Shown: positions 27,181 to 41,635 of the stretch, piece after piece | Layout of the letters: every line of letters starts with the position of its first letter | How positions within the stretch are numbered: position 1 is the stretch's first letter | Origin: Octopus sinensis | Lineage: Eukaryota | Reading direction: 5' to 3' | Assembly (NCBI RefSeq): GCF_006345805.1 | Contig: NC_043011.1 | Coordinates: 3,720,001-3,784,000 of the forward strand | Length of the DNA: 64,000 nucleotides | Made by a program: the position numbers and the translations under genes | The notes under the pieces: model-generated | What the model was told of the DNA's origin: nothing | The model's database searches: none | Seen by the model: only the letters and a program-made list of their open reading frames with translations

Positions 27181-27585
27181 AGGCACAGGAGTGGCTAGGC
27201 GCAGGAGTGGCTGTGTGGTAGGTAGCTTGTTTACCAACCGCATGGTTCTGGGTTCAGTCCCACTGCGTGGCACCTTGGGCAAGTGTCTTCTACTATAGTC
27301 TCAGGCCGACCAATGCCTTGTGAGTGAATTTGGTAGACGGAAACTGAAAGAAGCCCGTCGTATATATGTATATATATATATGTGCATGTGTATTTGTGTG
27401 TGTGTGTTTGTCCCCCTAGCATTGCTTGACAACCCCGTCACTTAGCGGTTCGGCAAAAGAGACTGATAGAATAAGTACTGGGCTTACAAAAGAATAAGTC
27501 CCGGGGTCGAGTTGCTCGATTAAAGGCGGTGCTCCAGCATGGCCGCAGTCAAAATGACTGAAACAAGTAAAAGAGTAAAAGAGTA
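27181..27585 (+). mobile_element. SINE family A full copy with duplicated 5' end
   Basis: AGGCACAGGAGTGGCT-AGGCGCAGGAGTGGCTGTGTGG...GAAACAAGTAAAAGAGTAAAAGAG. Confidence 0.85.
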
Positions 27586-27838
27586 TATATATATATATAT
27601 ATATAGTAAATGAAAGAGAGAAGATGGAATATATGAGAATTTATTGTAAATCACGACAATTGTCTCGGCACATCTAGCATCAATTCCTCTTGGGTGGGAC
27701 ACACAACAACTGGTTCAGAAGTTCAGGAGCATCAGGTGGTGCAGATGTATCTCGTCAGGTATTAAATAACTCATTAAAATGTCTTTCATTTGCTATATAC
27801 CTAACAATCACTCTGAAAGTGACCGTGCTTTACCAGTG

Positions 27839-27893
<55 letters not shown>

Positions 27894-28691
27894 TATATAT
27901 ATATATGTATATGTATTAATCAGCCGAAAATGCGAAGATGATCCGGTTCTTGACTGATGATTGAGGGCTTCAAATGTCCCATCCGTGTTTTTTGTGTCGT
28001 CTTCTAAATGTTTCCCGTTCTTGTCCCAGTTTGTATATTTTTTAACTTTTTCATATATATATATAATTTGAATTTACAGAAAACAGCTACCAGGTGTAAA
28101 TCATTCATTTTATTATCCATTATACATATATATATATATATATTCTTTTATTCTTTTACTTGTTTCAGTCATTTGACTGCAGCCATGCAGGGGCAACACC
28201 CTAAGTCAAGCAAATCAACCTCAGGACTTATTCTTTGTGTGCCTATAAATGTGTGTGTGTGTGTAAAGTGTGGCTGTGTGGTAAGAAACTTGCTTCCCAA
28301 CTACATGGTTCTGGGTTCAGTTCCACTGCATGGCACCTTGGGGAAGTGTTTTCTACTATAATCTCAGACCAACTAAAGCCTTATGAGTGGATTTGGTAGA
28401 TAGAAATGGAAAGAAATCCATCATATATATATATATATATATATATCATCATCATCATCGTTTAACATCCATTTTCTGTGCTAGGGTCTGGGAAGCCAGG
28501 AGTCTGCACCAGGCTCCAGTCTGATCTGGCAGTGTTTCTATGGCTTGATGCCCTTCCTAACGCCAACCACTCTGTGAGTGTAGTGGGTGCTTTTATGTGC
28601 CACCAGCACAGGTATCACAAGTACAGTTTCTATTTGATATTTATTTTGATATATATAAATATGTACTCACATATATGTATATATATATATG

Positions 28692-28729
<38 letters not shown>

Positions 28730-28886
28730 GGAATGTATGTATGTATATACATATATATATATGTGTATATATATATATGTATGTATATATATGTATATAT
28801 ATATATATATTCGCGTCGATTCGATTCATTTCGTTTCGTTTCATTTCTTCTTCTCCAAGTACAGTTTATATATATATATATGCCGT

Positions 28887-28922
<36 letters not shown>

Positions 28923-29105
28923 AAGAGGTGGGATATAATATCCTAGCAGATATCACATTTCTTTTAGTAGAATGCCAAGGCTGGTTCATTCAGATGGTGC
29001 ATGTTTTGGTAAACTTCCTTTAGCACCCATCCAATGTTACAGTTCCTTTCTTGGCTGCTTAGAGTACAATATTGACAATTAGGAGGAGAATGAGGAATTT
29101 TAATA

Positions 29106-29275
29106 TTCAAATTTTATGCTTATTTCCACTTAGTTTATTCACAATAATTGTCCAATACACGTTTCGATCGCATTAACTGCATATAAATATGCAACAATAT
29201 GCAGTTAATGCAATCAAAACACATGTCGGACAATTATTGTGAATAAATTAACTGGAAATAAACACAAACTTTGAA
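29106..29275. repeat. About 170-bp imperfect palindrome with about 78-bp arms
   Basis: GCATTAACTGCATA/TATGCAGTTAATGC at the core; TTTATTCACAATAATTGTCC/GGACAATTATTGTGAATAAA further out. Confidence 0.85.
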
Positions 29276-30621
29276 TGGGGAAATTCTTCCTTTTTCCTTA
29301 TTATTAAATATATACACACACACAAACACACACACACACACACATATATATCTGTGTGTGAATGCATATATGTGTGTGTGAGTGTGTGCATGTGTGTGTA
29401 TGTGTGTTTGTGTGTGTGTGTGTGTTTGTGTGTGTGTGTCTGTGTGTGTGTGTATGTGTGTGCGTGTGTATGTATATGGATGTGTTTGCATATATGTGTA
29501 TATTGAAAGTGTGTGTTTCCGTGTATACACTATTTTTTGTCTGTCACTTATTTTATATTTCTGTGTTTGAAGAACCATCTACTTATTGTGCCAATGCTTG
29601 AGAATGATTCCAATATAAACACCAACATATGCATATGTGCACACAATTCCACCTGACACACATATACATGTATAAATTTTATTCAAATGAAATGTTTGAT
29701 GGGAATATTTAGTTTATTCACCTGTATTGGGTCCTCTGCCCATTTATGTATCCATTTCCTTTAAGGTAACTAAGAACCACACATTTTGTGTGTGCTCATG
29801 TGTGAGTGTGTGTGTGTATGTGTGTGCACGTGCATGTGTGTGCTTGTGTATGTGTGTGTGTGTGTGTGATTATCATCATCGTTTAGCATCTGTTTTCCAT
29901 GCTGGCATGGTGTACATATACATCTATCTATATGTGTGTGTGTGTGTGTGTGCATGTGTATATTTATGTATGTGGGTGTTTGTGTATGTGTGTGTGCGTG
30001 TGTTTGTGCATGTATGTGCTTGCTCTAGAGAGAAGGAATTTTAGAAACATCAATTTACTGGATGAGGCTATTAAAGTTGCCGAGTAGTCACCACTGCACA
30101 TTGGCAAAAGAAATAACATGTACTATAGAAACAAAGCTAAATAACACATACAAACATCAGTTTATGGATACAGCATCTACCAATTGAAGATGGCTCAGTC
30201 TATGACAACCACCCCAACCTATGCTAGCTTGAAATGCAGACGTAAAAAGGATGACAATGATGAGAATAATGATGATGTATATGCATATAAGAGTATTATG
30301 AGTGTTGATGTTTGTCTCTTTTGAAACAATTACTCATTATTACTCATTAAATCTTTTTTCCAAATTTGAGCAAAAATCCTTGGTCATCTCTGAATAATAT
30401 ATGATGATAAAAGTTTGAGTCCCTCGGGTAAACCAGGGAGAATTCAAGAGAAATGATGGTGAAACACTGATAATTGTTGTGGTGTGGTAGTGTTTATGTA
30501 AGGTAAAGTGTGATCTGCTGATAATGTCAAACTCTCTGATTTTCTTTCTCTTCCAATTTTTCTTTAATACCTCACTTTCTCTCTCTGTAATTATTCATTT
30601 TTCTGTTTGTCACTGATCTCA

Positions 30622-30681
<60 letters not shown>

Positions 30682-31130
30682 GAGTCTCTCACAGACAACA
30701 TATAGACATATACGTGCATTTTCATTCATCTATTTTAGATAACAGTGCACAAACAGCATATGTTGGAACATTGTAATTATAAAAATCCTATCTTTTATAA
30801 AGTTCATATGTGGTTTTATACAACATGGGAGATAGAAAATAATTTATTCTTTAATTGTTTCACATTTAAATTTGTTTATATTAATAAAATATTCAGATAT
30901 CCTTCACTATATATCAAACGGATGATTTCATGTTTGAAAGGTATATATGTACACACACACACACATATGTGTATATATATATATTAGAAGAAATGAGGTA
31001 CTTAGAAGATCGGATGGTTTATATTTACAGATATTTATTTGTATATTACATTTTTTATATATATATCATATCACTTAGATCATTAGCGCTTTCTCTCCCA
31101 TTCTAGTGGGGTTTTCAAATCAAACTAAGT

Positions 31131-31162
<32 letters not shown>

Positions 31163-31255
31163 CATATACATATATATACATATATATACATATATATATA
31201 TATATTATATATATATTATATAATATATATTTTGTGTGTGTGTGTATGTATGTAT

Positions 31256-31286
<31 letters not shown>

Positions 31287-31311
31287 CATACATATATATA
31301 CATATATATTA

Positions 31312-31345
<34 letters not shown>

Positions 31346-31507
31346 CATATATATATACGTATATATGTGTTTATGTATATATATATATGCATATATATAT
31401 GTATACATATATAGAGATATGTGTATATATGTATATGTTTGTGTATATATTTGTGTGTGTGTACGTGTGTATATATGTATATGTTTGTCTATATATTTGT
31501 GTATATG

Positions 31508-31538
<31 letters not shown>

Positions 31539-31809
31539 TATATATATTATATATATTTACTGGTGTCTGATTGTTGAATATTGTTAACCAATTTCTTTTA
31601 ATACTGAGTGCTTTATTGATATGTGCCAGGATTTTTTAATCTCATTCTTTCATATATATATAATATATATATATATATTATGTATATATATGTATATATA
31701 TGCATATATATATATACACATGTGTTTGTATGGTTATATGCATATATACATATATATATACATATACACACACACATACATATATACACATATATAAATA
31801 TATATATGA

Positions 31810-32403
31810 TGGATGCACTGTCCCCCTCTCCCTCTCACTTCCTTGTTTGTCTCTCACTCTTACCCCATTTCCTCTCTCCTTCCATCCCTAACTCTCTTCC
31901 CCTCTCTCCTTGTCTTGTCTTAATATTTCGTCATCTCTTTCATTTTTTCCCCCTCTCATTCTTCATCCTTTCCTTGACACATCATCATTTTCTATTGAAC
32001 TTGAAACCACCATCTCTCTTCCCATTTTTTTCTCTCTTCTTTGAAACTTACATTTTGTACCTTTCCAGCCTCCTACCCTGCTTATTCTCCTACCTCATGC
32101 TACCACTCCATTAATCTTCTGGTCTCTATTCATTTTTTCCATCTTTATCAATTTCCTTATATTTCTCTTTGTCTCTCTCTCTCCTTCTCACTTTCTCACG
32201 TTTTTATCTTTTTTCTATTTTTCTTTCTCCTCTTTATCTTTCTTTAATTATTCTTTTTTTCTTCCTTTATCTCCTTTTAGCCCACCCTCCCAACCGGCTT
32301 TCTCACTTTCTCTTTTCTTTTTTCTCTCTCTCTCTCCTGTTCCCTTTCTTGCTCTCCATTCTTTCTTATTCTTTGTCTCATTCTCTTTCTCTCTTTCTTT
32401 CTC

Positions 32404-32468
<65 letters not shown>

Positions 32469-32960
32469 TCATTAACTCTTTTCACTGTTTCACTACCACC
32501 TTTTCTTAATTGATTTTCTCAGTTTCTCTCCCTCTCTCTCTCTCTCCCTTTCTCTTCTCTCTCTCTCCCTTTCTCTCTTTCACACTCTCTCTGGTTGTTG
32601 TTTCTCTTTCACTCCACTCTATCACCACCCCCTCCTTTCTACTCACATTCTATTTCCTCTATTTTCTCTTTCCCTCCACCTACTCCATCTCTGTTCCTCA
32701 CATCTTTTCTCTCTCTACCATTTCTTCTACTTTTATCTATTTTCTCTCAGTTCTTTCACTTCTTCAGGACTCTTATCCTTCCAGTCTTTAAGTTCCACCA
32801 CTTTTGAGCCTTGTTAATTATTTCTGTATAATTTTATACTTCTCCTTTCAACGCTTACCTACAATTCCTTCTTCTTTAACATTCCCCCACCTCACCTATC
32901 TTATCTCCTACTCATTCTGCTCCCTTCTTAATTTTAGACATGTATAAGCATCCCTAATTA
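31810..32960. repeat. Long CT-rich polypyrimidine low-complexity tract
   Basis: Direct reading. Confidence 0.85.
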
Positions 32961-33044
32961 GTGACCCCTAATTATTTCAATCAATTTTGTACTTCTTTAT
33001 AAACCATATTATGATATTGCTACCAAAGCAAAAACAAAAGTAAC

Positions 33045-33050
33045 AAATAA

Positions 33051-33103
<53 letters not shown>

Positions 33104-33140
33104 TTAATACTAATAATAATAATACTAATAATAATAATAC

Positions 33141-33174
<34 letters not shown>

Positions 33175-33295
33175 AATGATAATAATAATAATAATAATAA
33201 TAATAATAGTAATAATAATAGTAATAATAATAATAATAATAATAATGATAATAATAATAATAATAATAATAATAATAGTAATAATAATAATAATG
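33045..33295. repeat. (AAT)n microsatellite at the tail of a minus-strand family B SINE (33295-33450)
   Basis: Direct reading. Confidence 0.9.
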
Positions 33296-33756
33296 TTGAT
33301 CCTTTCCATCTAAAGTCACAAGGCCTGAAATTAGGTGGGAGGGGACTAGTTGATTACATTGACCCCAGTTTTTCACTGGTATTTAATTTATCAACCTCGA
33401 AAGGATGAAAAGCAAAGTTGACCTCAGCTGAATTTGAACTCAGAATGTAGCAATGTTCAACAACAACAACAACAACAATACCAACAGCAACAACACCGTT
33501 AACCATAATAAAGCAACAGCTAATTTAATATTAACAAGAAGCACCAGAATAACTTCAGCAACATACAACAACAACAACAGCAGCAACAATTGTAACAATA
33601 ATCTTGGTAGTAATACAATGACATAAAAAAAAAAAATCAATGTGAACGACAACAATAAGAACAGTATTGACAACAATAACTACAAATATAACAACAACAT
33701 CCACAATAACAACATCGGTAACAAATAATATCAATAATAACAGCCACAAATATAAA

Positions 33757-33910
33757 AAAACAGCAACAAATATAACAAAAACAGCAACAAATATGACAAA
33801 AACAGCAACAAATATAACAAAAACAGCAACAAATATAACAAAAACAGCAACAAATATAACAAAAACAGCAACAAATATAACAAAAACAGCAACAAATATA
33901 ACAAAAACAA
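33757..33910. repeat. 21-bp minisatellite (AAAACAGCAACAAATATAACA), about 7 units
   Basis: Translates as repeated TATNITK in ORF 33667-33936. Confidence 0.9.
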
Positions 33911-33939
33911 CAGCAACAACAGCATCTTACAGCTGAACT

Positions 33940-35410
33940 ATCATGTAAAGGGAGCTGTCTCTATAATAATGCTTGATCTGCTTGAAATAGCAGCCAAATA
34001 TTCCTCAGTTCACACTTAATGATTATAATGTGCTCTTGAAATTGTATGGGATGGTCATGGTTTGGAATGGTTTTGGTCATAGGTTTTGTTTGCTCAAAGC
34101 TGACCCAGGACTAAATAACAACAACAACAACAACATCTATGGCAATAACGTAACATTTATATAAAAATAGTAGCGGTGATATTAACAACAACAACAACAA
34201 CAACAACAGATGAGAAAACAAGAATAGCCACTGCAATAACATCTACAGATAAGAACAACGGATGATAACATCAACAACAAAAACAATAATAAAGATAGAT
34301 AAGAACTACCACATCTACTATAACAACAAACACATATTAAAGAAACCCACCCCATTCAACTTGAACACTTCTCCCACCTTACATCTTTCGTCCCCTACCC
34401 AACATCTATTCTCCTGTTCTTGCTCATCTCCTTCCTCTTCTTCCTTCTCATTACTCTCCTCCTTCACTCTTCACACTTAATATTATCGATTAGTAAGTAT
34501 TGATCTTAAACTCCCCGCCTTGATGATATCCCTGTCCCCTCCGTCACCATCACGAGTGAGGGAATCTATATGTGGTCATGTTATCTGCTAGAAATAACAG
34601 TCACATTTCACAGTAAATTATACTCTGCCGTCCTAAATAAAAAAAAATAAAGGATATATTAAAAGGTTCTGAATTCCCTGCATATAGAAAAAAAAACGGG
34701 ATGGTCACGGTTGGATAGGCTTTGATCATAGATCTGCTTGATATAAGCTTAGTGGGGTGGGGGCTGATCAGCAACAATAACAAGAATAAAAAACATCATC
34801 AAAAACATTAACAGTGACAGCAACAATTCCTAACCTGCTAGAAATAGTAGCTAAATTTACCTACCAATTTCAGTGATTGGACTATGCCCTGCTGGAGCAC
34901 CCCTCCAAGTGTTTTAGCTATAATACTTTGACAAAACACTATAAAGTGTCTGAGAACATCTACATGATTGCTCAGCCTGTTAGAAATAGCAGCTAAATTT
35001 CCTTCCTATCCTACTCCACTTCCTTTAAAAGCAAAAGGAAAGAAGTGCATTAGATAATGTAGTTTTTGATGCAATAAAAAAATACATGGGATGGTCATAG
35101 CTGGATGGCTTTTTGATCATAAGTCTGTTTGATGGGGTGGGGGGGGGGGGCGGTGAACTAAAAAAAAGCAACACCACCACAGCCACCACCTCCCCCACTA
35201 CAACAACTACAATAACAGCAACAACAATAGAAACAAATGAACACCACCACCACCACCACCACCACCGTTACAACATCAACAAGAGCACCATCACCCCCAC
35301 CTCCACACTACAACTCTCACCGTCTTAACCACAAGACCAGCTTCACCATCTCCGCCTCCATGACAGTCACCACAGCTGCTGCTGCTGCTGTTTCTTCTTA
35401 TATTGTTGCA

Positions 35411-35446
<36 letters not shown>

Positions 35447-35626
35447 ACTGCTGCTGCTACTGGTGCTGCTTCTCAGTATCATTAGCGATGCAGAGCTTAC
35501 AGCGAGAATCTCCACTCTGCAGTTGTTTCGTCAACGCTACCACGTGCACAGTTTGTGTCTGTATGTAAGTGCATCGAGGGGAAAGCAAGCAAGACAAAGT
35601 AGGAGGTGATAGAGTGGTAAAGGGGC

Positions 35627-35663
<37 letters not shown>

Positions 35664-36375
35664 GACAAAGAGATGTAGAGAGAGAGAGAGCGGGAGAGGT
35701 GGAGTATAGAAGATACATGTATCTCCAAGCCGGCTTTCCCTCTCCAGGAATGACAGAGAAGAGATGGAGAAGGAATATCTATTCTAGCAAACCACCACCA
35801 ATGCAAGTCTGAGAGTGGAATCTCTGTTTTTTTTTTTCCTTTGCTGCTGATGGTCTCACAGTGATGAGGAAACAAGAAAAAAAAACATACATATATTTAC
35901 TCACAACAGACACATACACACACACGATGACATGTCAGAACACACACAAACGCAAACCCTCAAGCATACACACATAAATACTTGTGCACGTGTTCAAATA
36001 ATGCACACTGCAACTAACAAATATTCTCAGAAGAATTTGCTATATCTGCGATAAAAGTATCAAACTACAACTGCACAACAGCAACAACAACAAAGAAAAA
36101 TAAACAACAACAAAAAAATAACAACAACAACAATAATTATATAACCGAGTCAATGAGGGAACCTCTACATGGTTGCTAGATTCTGCTAAAAGTAGCAGCT
36201 AAAATTCCCTTAAATCACACCCTACTGTCTTTAAAAAAATATTTACACACATTGGAGAATCTAATCTGAAAAAAAGGCTGTTTGAATAAAAGATGGGATA
36301 GCCGTGGCTGGAATGTATTTGATTATTAGGTCTACTCAATCGTTGACCTGGGGCTGAAAACAATAACATCAATAA
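33940..36375 (+). mobile_element. Cluster of copies of repeat family E
   Basis: Variants of GAAATAGCAGCCAAAT...GGGATGGTCATGGCTGGAATG...GCTGACC..GG.CTAAA.AACAAC at about 33960, 34570, 34970 and 36170; also 47075 and, reversed, about 17680. Confidence 0.6.
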
Positions 36376-37852
36376 CAAAAACAATTATATAACAATTACT
36401 AACAAAACCATAAAAAGAATTTAATTGCATTAGTTTTTGCTTAGTTACATTTTATTTTTGTTTGTTTTTGCTTAGTTGTTTGTTATTTCTGTAAACTGCT
36501 ACATTTGGTGTTTAGTTTATTGTTGCCCTTGTGGCAGCTAAAGAATTCACTTGTTATTATTTACATTAATAATAATAATAAAATGAATTATATAATATCA
36601 CAAATATCCTTTTAATGGTATCAATATTATCACTGAAATTATTATTGTTACTATTTTATCACAATAAATATAATAATATTGAACAGAAATCATTCTTTAA
36701 AATTTTAGCAAGAGAAGCCACAATTTATTACTGCTCTGATACAGTAAGAAATTACTATTGTTATTTTTAATGAAATTTATAAATCACTGCAAGAATTTAA
36801 AAGAAAAGCATTTTTTTCCTGCTAAAAGATCCCTCCCCCCGCCCCGTCAAGTCCAGGAGACCTTACATGTTGACAAAATGAACATGGAAAGGCATACTTG
36901 CCAATAGAACACTAACTGTGAGATTTGTTTTGAAACATGATAATAATAACAATAAACTCTGGGCTTAAGTACAAACTAATGGAGCAAAGATGGGTTGGAA
37001 ACGCACAAAGTAAGTTTTCCAAGAATTTCATTCGCTCTTCTACTACATATCCTTGCTTTTCATCTTCTTGTTATTGTTGTTGTCATGGCAGTAGTAACAG
37101 TGGTGACGAATGTCATTGTTTCAGCAAGCATCACATTTTATACACCACTTCATCCACATAGACACACACACACACATACATACATAAAAACATACATATG
37201 TACATACATGCATATATATGTACATATTTTGATTGTGGTTATATTACGGAAGCAGTAATGATTTCTAACAAGGCTTACACATTACATATAGGTGTCAAAA
37301 GGATAGTAAACTCATCAATCTCAGTACATATCTTATTTACATATTGTTTTCAGTCCTAGGATAGATGAAAGACAGTGTTAACCTCAGCAGGATTTGAACT
37401 CAGAATGTAAACTGATGCAAAACAAATGAGTAGGAATATTTGCTGAAAGTAGATGGAATGGCTGAAATGGTACGGATGCCAGCTTAGAAACATTGCTGTA
37501 TTTACTTTTAATTTACTGCATCCTGAGTTCAAATTCTTCCCCTGTCAACTTTGCTACTCACCTCTGGTAGGTCAATAAAAAAAGTACCCATATTTATGGT
37601 CTTCTAATGATGTGAAAAACCAACATCATCATCATCATCGTCATCATAATAATGATGATAATATTATTATTATTATTATTATTATTATTACTACTATTAT
37701 TATTATTATTATATTATTATTATTATTGGTTGACTTTGCCTGTCATTCTCTTAGGGTTGATAAAATAAGTACCAGTTAAGTACTGGGGGTCAATATAATT
37801 GATTCCTCCCTCTCCTCAAAAACTGCTGGCCCTGTGCCAAGAATCTGAAGCG

Positions 37853-37883
<31 letters not shown>

Positions 37884-38344
37884 TCAGGATTATGGAATTG
37901 CAGAATCGGTAGGGTCGGATAAAAATATGGAAATGCTAGTATATAGTTATGCCCCTTTAAATTTCTGTGTTCCTACTGAGGTCATTTTTGCTTATTTTCT
38001 TTCTGGGGTCGATGATACTGACTTATTACCACCTCTCAAAATTGCTGGCCTTGTGCCTAGATCAGAAACAATTATTACTATCATTCATGATGATGTTGAT
38101 GATGTTGATGATGATGATGATGATGACGATGATGAAGATAGACCCAGCCACTACAGTTGTGTATCTGGCTAAATGCCTTGCCCTCTCTTTCACCTCCACC
38201 TCAAGTTACTGAGGGATGCCTGTCATCCTTCAATAAGAAATGCTACTGTTACAGTAATATATTGGGGCCTGATTCAACAAATAGTCTTCTTGCCTGTAGC
38301 AAATGACCTTGTGCTTCATTGAGAAATCACTGTTATTACCACCT

Positions 38345-38800
38345 GTGTGGTAAGAAGCTTGCTTCCCAACTACATGGTTCCAGGTTCAGCCCTACCGCAT
38401 AGGACCTTGGGCAAGTGTCTTCAACTATGGCCTCAGGCTGACCAAGATTTCGTGGAAGGATATGGTAGACAAAAACTGAAAAAAAAACCCATCATGTATG
38501 TATGTGTGTGTATGTGTGCGAGCATGTGCATGCATGTGTGTGTGTGTGTGTATGCATGAATGTGTATGTGTGTATGTGTGTGTGTGTGTGTGCGTGTATG
38601 TGTTTGTCAGCCACTTCCACATGACAACTAGTGTCGATGTGTTTATGTTCCCATAACTTAGCAGTTTGGCCAAGGAGACCGATAGAATAGGTACCAGGCT
38701 TAAAAACATAGTACTGGGGTTGATTCATTCAACTAAAGATTCTTCAAAGTAGTGCCCCAGCATGGCCGTAGTCTAATGTCTGAAACAAAAAAAAAATAAA
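38345..38800 (+). mobile_element. SINE family A copy with expanded internal TG tract
   Basis: Head 38345-38495, TG tract, body ending TGAAACAAAAAAAA. Confidence 0.75.
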
Positions 38801-40544
38801 AGAGAAGATACAGGGGAAGATGCAGTTGGCAGAATCAGTAGAGCATCAGAGGGAAATAATTTGGGATAGATATAATAACATCTTTTTAAGTTGTGAGTTC
38901 AAATCCCAGTGAGGTTAATTTTTGCCTTGCATATTTCTCGGTCATAAAAAAAGAAAAATTAATTAGTAACAGTCACGTACTGATGTCACTAAACCAAACA
39001 TATCATTCTCCAGAGATGCAGTAAAACAAATCAACATCTAAATACAGCGCTTTAATTCTGAGTTCAAATTCTACCAAGGTTAACTTAAATTTTTAACCAC
39101 CCAAGGTCAATAAACCAAGTGACAGTAATGTATTGTATCGCCAATTAAAAGTTGACAATACTCTATCAAGTTGTGACTTTGGACAATATGAAAAAAAAAA
39201 AAGAAGCCTACTTTTCATCATCATCATCATCATAATCAGTTGTCAACATCCTTTGGAAAGTCATGAACCTCACAACTTCTTTTTACTTTCCCCCAGTTTG
39301 AAGTTTTATAAATTGTTTTCTTAACCATCAACTTTTTTTTTTAAAACTTGTAATAGATTTTCTTATCGTCCTTTCTTCTTTATTCTTCTTCTCTACTTTC
39401 TTCTCTCTTTTTCTGTCTTTCTTTTCTTCTTCTTTTACTTCTTTCTGTAAATTTTCAATTGCCTGTCGTAGTTTGTCAAGGTTTTTTCTTTCCTGTTTCT
39501 GGTGCTCATTTATCAAATACAGAAGTAATCATCATCATCATCATCATCATTATAAGATATAACAACCATGTTGTCTGTCGTACCATGAACTCTAAGGGTC
39601 AGTGTACATAAATAACTGTTGCTTTCTTGAATGTAGTTATTGCAGCTGAAGTTATTATTGTTGTTGTTGTTGTGGTGGTGGTGGTGGTGATAATGGATTG
39701 GCAGTTAGGAATATAGTTTGTTTTTTTTTTGTTTTTTTTTTGTAGTTCTAACTGCAGATTATCAATGAATGCCCTGTTTTATTTCAGCACGTGAACCCCC
39801 TTTCAATAACTAATCCCTTTACACAACTAAATCGAACTTAATTAGGAACAGTTATTGCTTTGAAATTAATTGGGACTACAGGAAGGTCTTGTTGCCTTTG
39901 GTCTTTACAGACCCCCCAAAGATAGTCAGATTGATGCTGGCCACAACATCTCATTTACACTCCATCGTTCTCTTGCTTACACCTAACATTCCGCATCGTT
40001 ACATTTACCATTGTTGATTTTGTTACTGTTATTGTTGTTATTATTATTGTCACTTTTGTTACAGTTATTGCTACATTGCTGGTGTTCTTGTTTTCGCTGT
40101 TGCTATTAAAGTTGTTGTTATTGTTATTATTGCAGTTATTATTACAGTTGCAGTTGTTAATGTTGTTGCTGTTGTTACTATTGTCACTGTCGTTATTGTT
40201 GTTGTTACAGTTGTCAACCTGGCAAAACCAGGTTTTGCATATCAGACTAAGCAGCCATTCGTCCGTTTGTGTATTCTGAATTTCAAATTCTGCTGAGGTC
40301 AGCTTTGTCTTTCGTCCTTTTAAGATCGATAAAGCAAGTACCAATTAAGCACTGGGGTGGACGTAATCCACTTACACCCTCCTTCAAACTTACTAACCTT
40401 CTACCAAAGTTTGAAGCCGGTAGTGTTGCTCTTCTCGTTGACGTTGCTGTTGTTGTTATTATTATCTTTGTTTATTACTGTTGTTATTGTTCTTGGTGTT
40501 ACTATCGGTATTATTGTTGTTCTGGTTTCTATATACATCAGTTA

Positions 40545-40772
40545 GGCGGCAAGCTGGCAGAACCGTTAGCACGCCGGGCGAAATGCGTATCCATATTTCG
40601 TCTGTCGTTACGTTGTGAGTTCAAATTCCGCTGAGGTCGACTTTGCCTTTCATCCTTTCGGGATCGATAAATAAAGTACCTATTACGCACTGGGGTCGAT
40701 GTAATCGACTTAATCCATTTGTCTGTCCTTGTTTGTCCCCTTGTGTTTAACCCCTTGTGGGCAATAAAGAAA
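40545..40772 (+). mobile_element. SINE family B, best-preserved copy
   Basis: GGCGGCAAGCTGGCAGAACCGTTAGCACGCCGGGCGAAATG...GAGTTCAAATTCCGCTGAGGTCGACTTTGCC; further copies at 37300-39190, 40225 and 40870. Confidence 0.8.
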
Positions 40773-41498
40773 TATATATACATCAGTTAGCTATACTTTG
40801 TGATAAAAGACATGGAATACAAGTTTGGATTAGTTCACAGATGGGTTTCATCATTTATTTCACCAAGGGAGGTGGTTCGGCAGAATTGTTAGAGCATCAG
40901 AGAAAGTGCCTTGCAGCATTCATTCTGTCTTTTTATATTCAGAGTTCAAATTCCACCGAGAAGAACATTACTAGACCAACAAAAGCCCTGTGGCCATTGT
41001 TTATATTCCTTTGCATTCTGAGTTCAATCCTCATTGTAAACAGTCTTTGTCTTTCATCCCTCCAGGGTTGATAAAATAAAGCAACATATTTTACAAACAA
41101 ATAAATTTGAGGCATCGTCTATAGACTTATTTATATACTTATTTACTTTATATCACAACTTATGTAGAATAGTGCCATTGGTTAAAGCATTCTTATAGGA
41201 CAAAACATTGCTTTCCGACTGTGAGAATAACAAGAAATTACATGCAACTTGTTGCAGAACAAATGTCATAAAAGCCTTTGTTCAAGGTGCATCACTTCTT
41301 TGGTGTTCTTGTTTATATTTTATATCCTTCACTGATACATACATCCATACATACATACATACATACATACATACATACATACATACATACATACGTACAT
41401 ACATATATACATACATACGTACATACATACATACATACATATATATACATACATACACACATACATACATACACGACATACACACGCACACACACATA

Positions 41499-41549
<51 letters not shown>

Positions 41550-41574
41550 ATAGTTACAATTACTCAATAGTCAA

Positions 41575-41635
41575 GATAAAACGCTGAGTTTCAGATGCCG
41601 AAGTGGAAATCTACAACACCATCTCTTCGGTTTTC
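41575..41635 (-). ncRNA. HHR-like fold with variant core CCGAAGA
   Basis: Stem I GAAAA/TTATC, CCGAAGA, GATG/CATC stem II, T, GAAAC, TCAGC, GTT. Confidence 0.35.

Noticed and set aside
27640-27760. 81-nt phase-0 candidate exon HQFLLGGTHNNWFRSSGASGGADVSRQ
   Set aside because: Weak acceptor; the opposite strand resembles a decayed LINE linker.
27945-27990. CTGATGA followed by a TTGA/TCAA stem
   Set aside because: GAAA and stems I and III are missing; not an HHR as it stands.
33667-33936. Mucin-like TATNITK repeat ORF
   Set aside because: Minisatellite with no ATG start or exon context.
35403-35609. Leucine-rich signal-peptide-like ORF
   Set aside because: Arises from a (CTG)n repeat with a non-ATG start.
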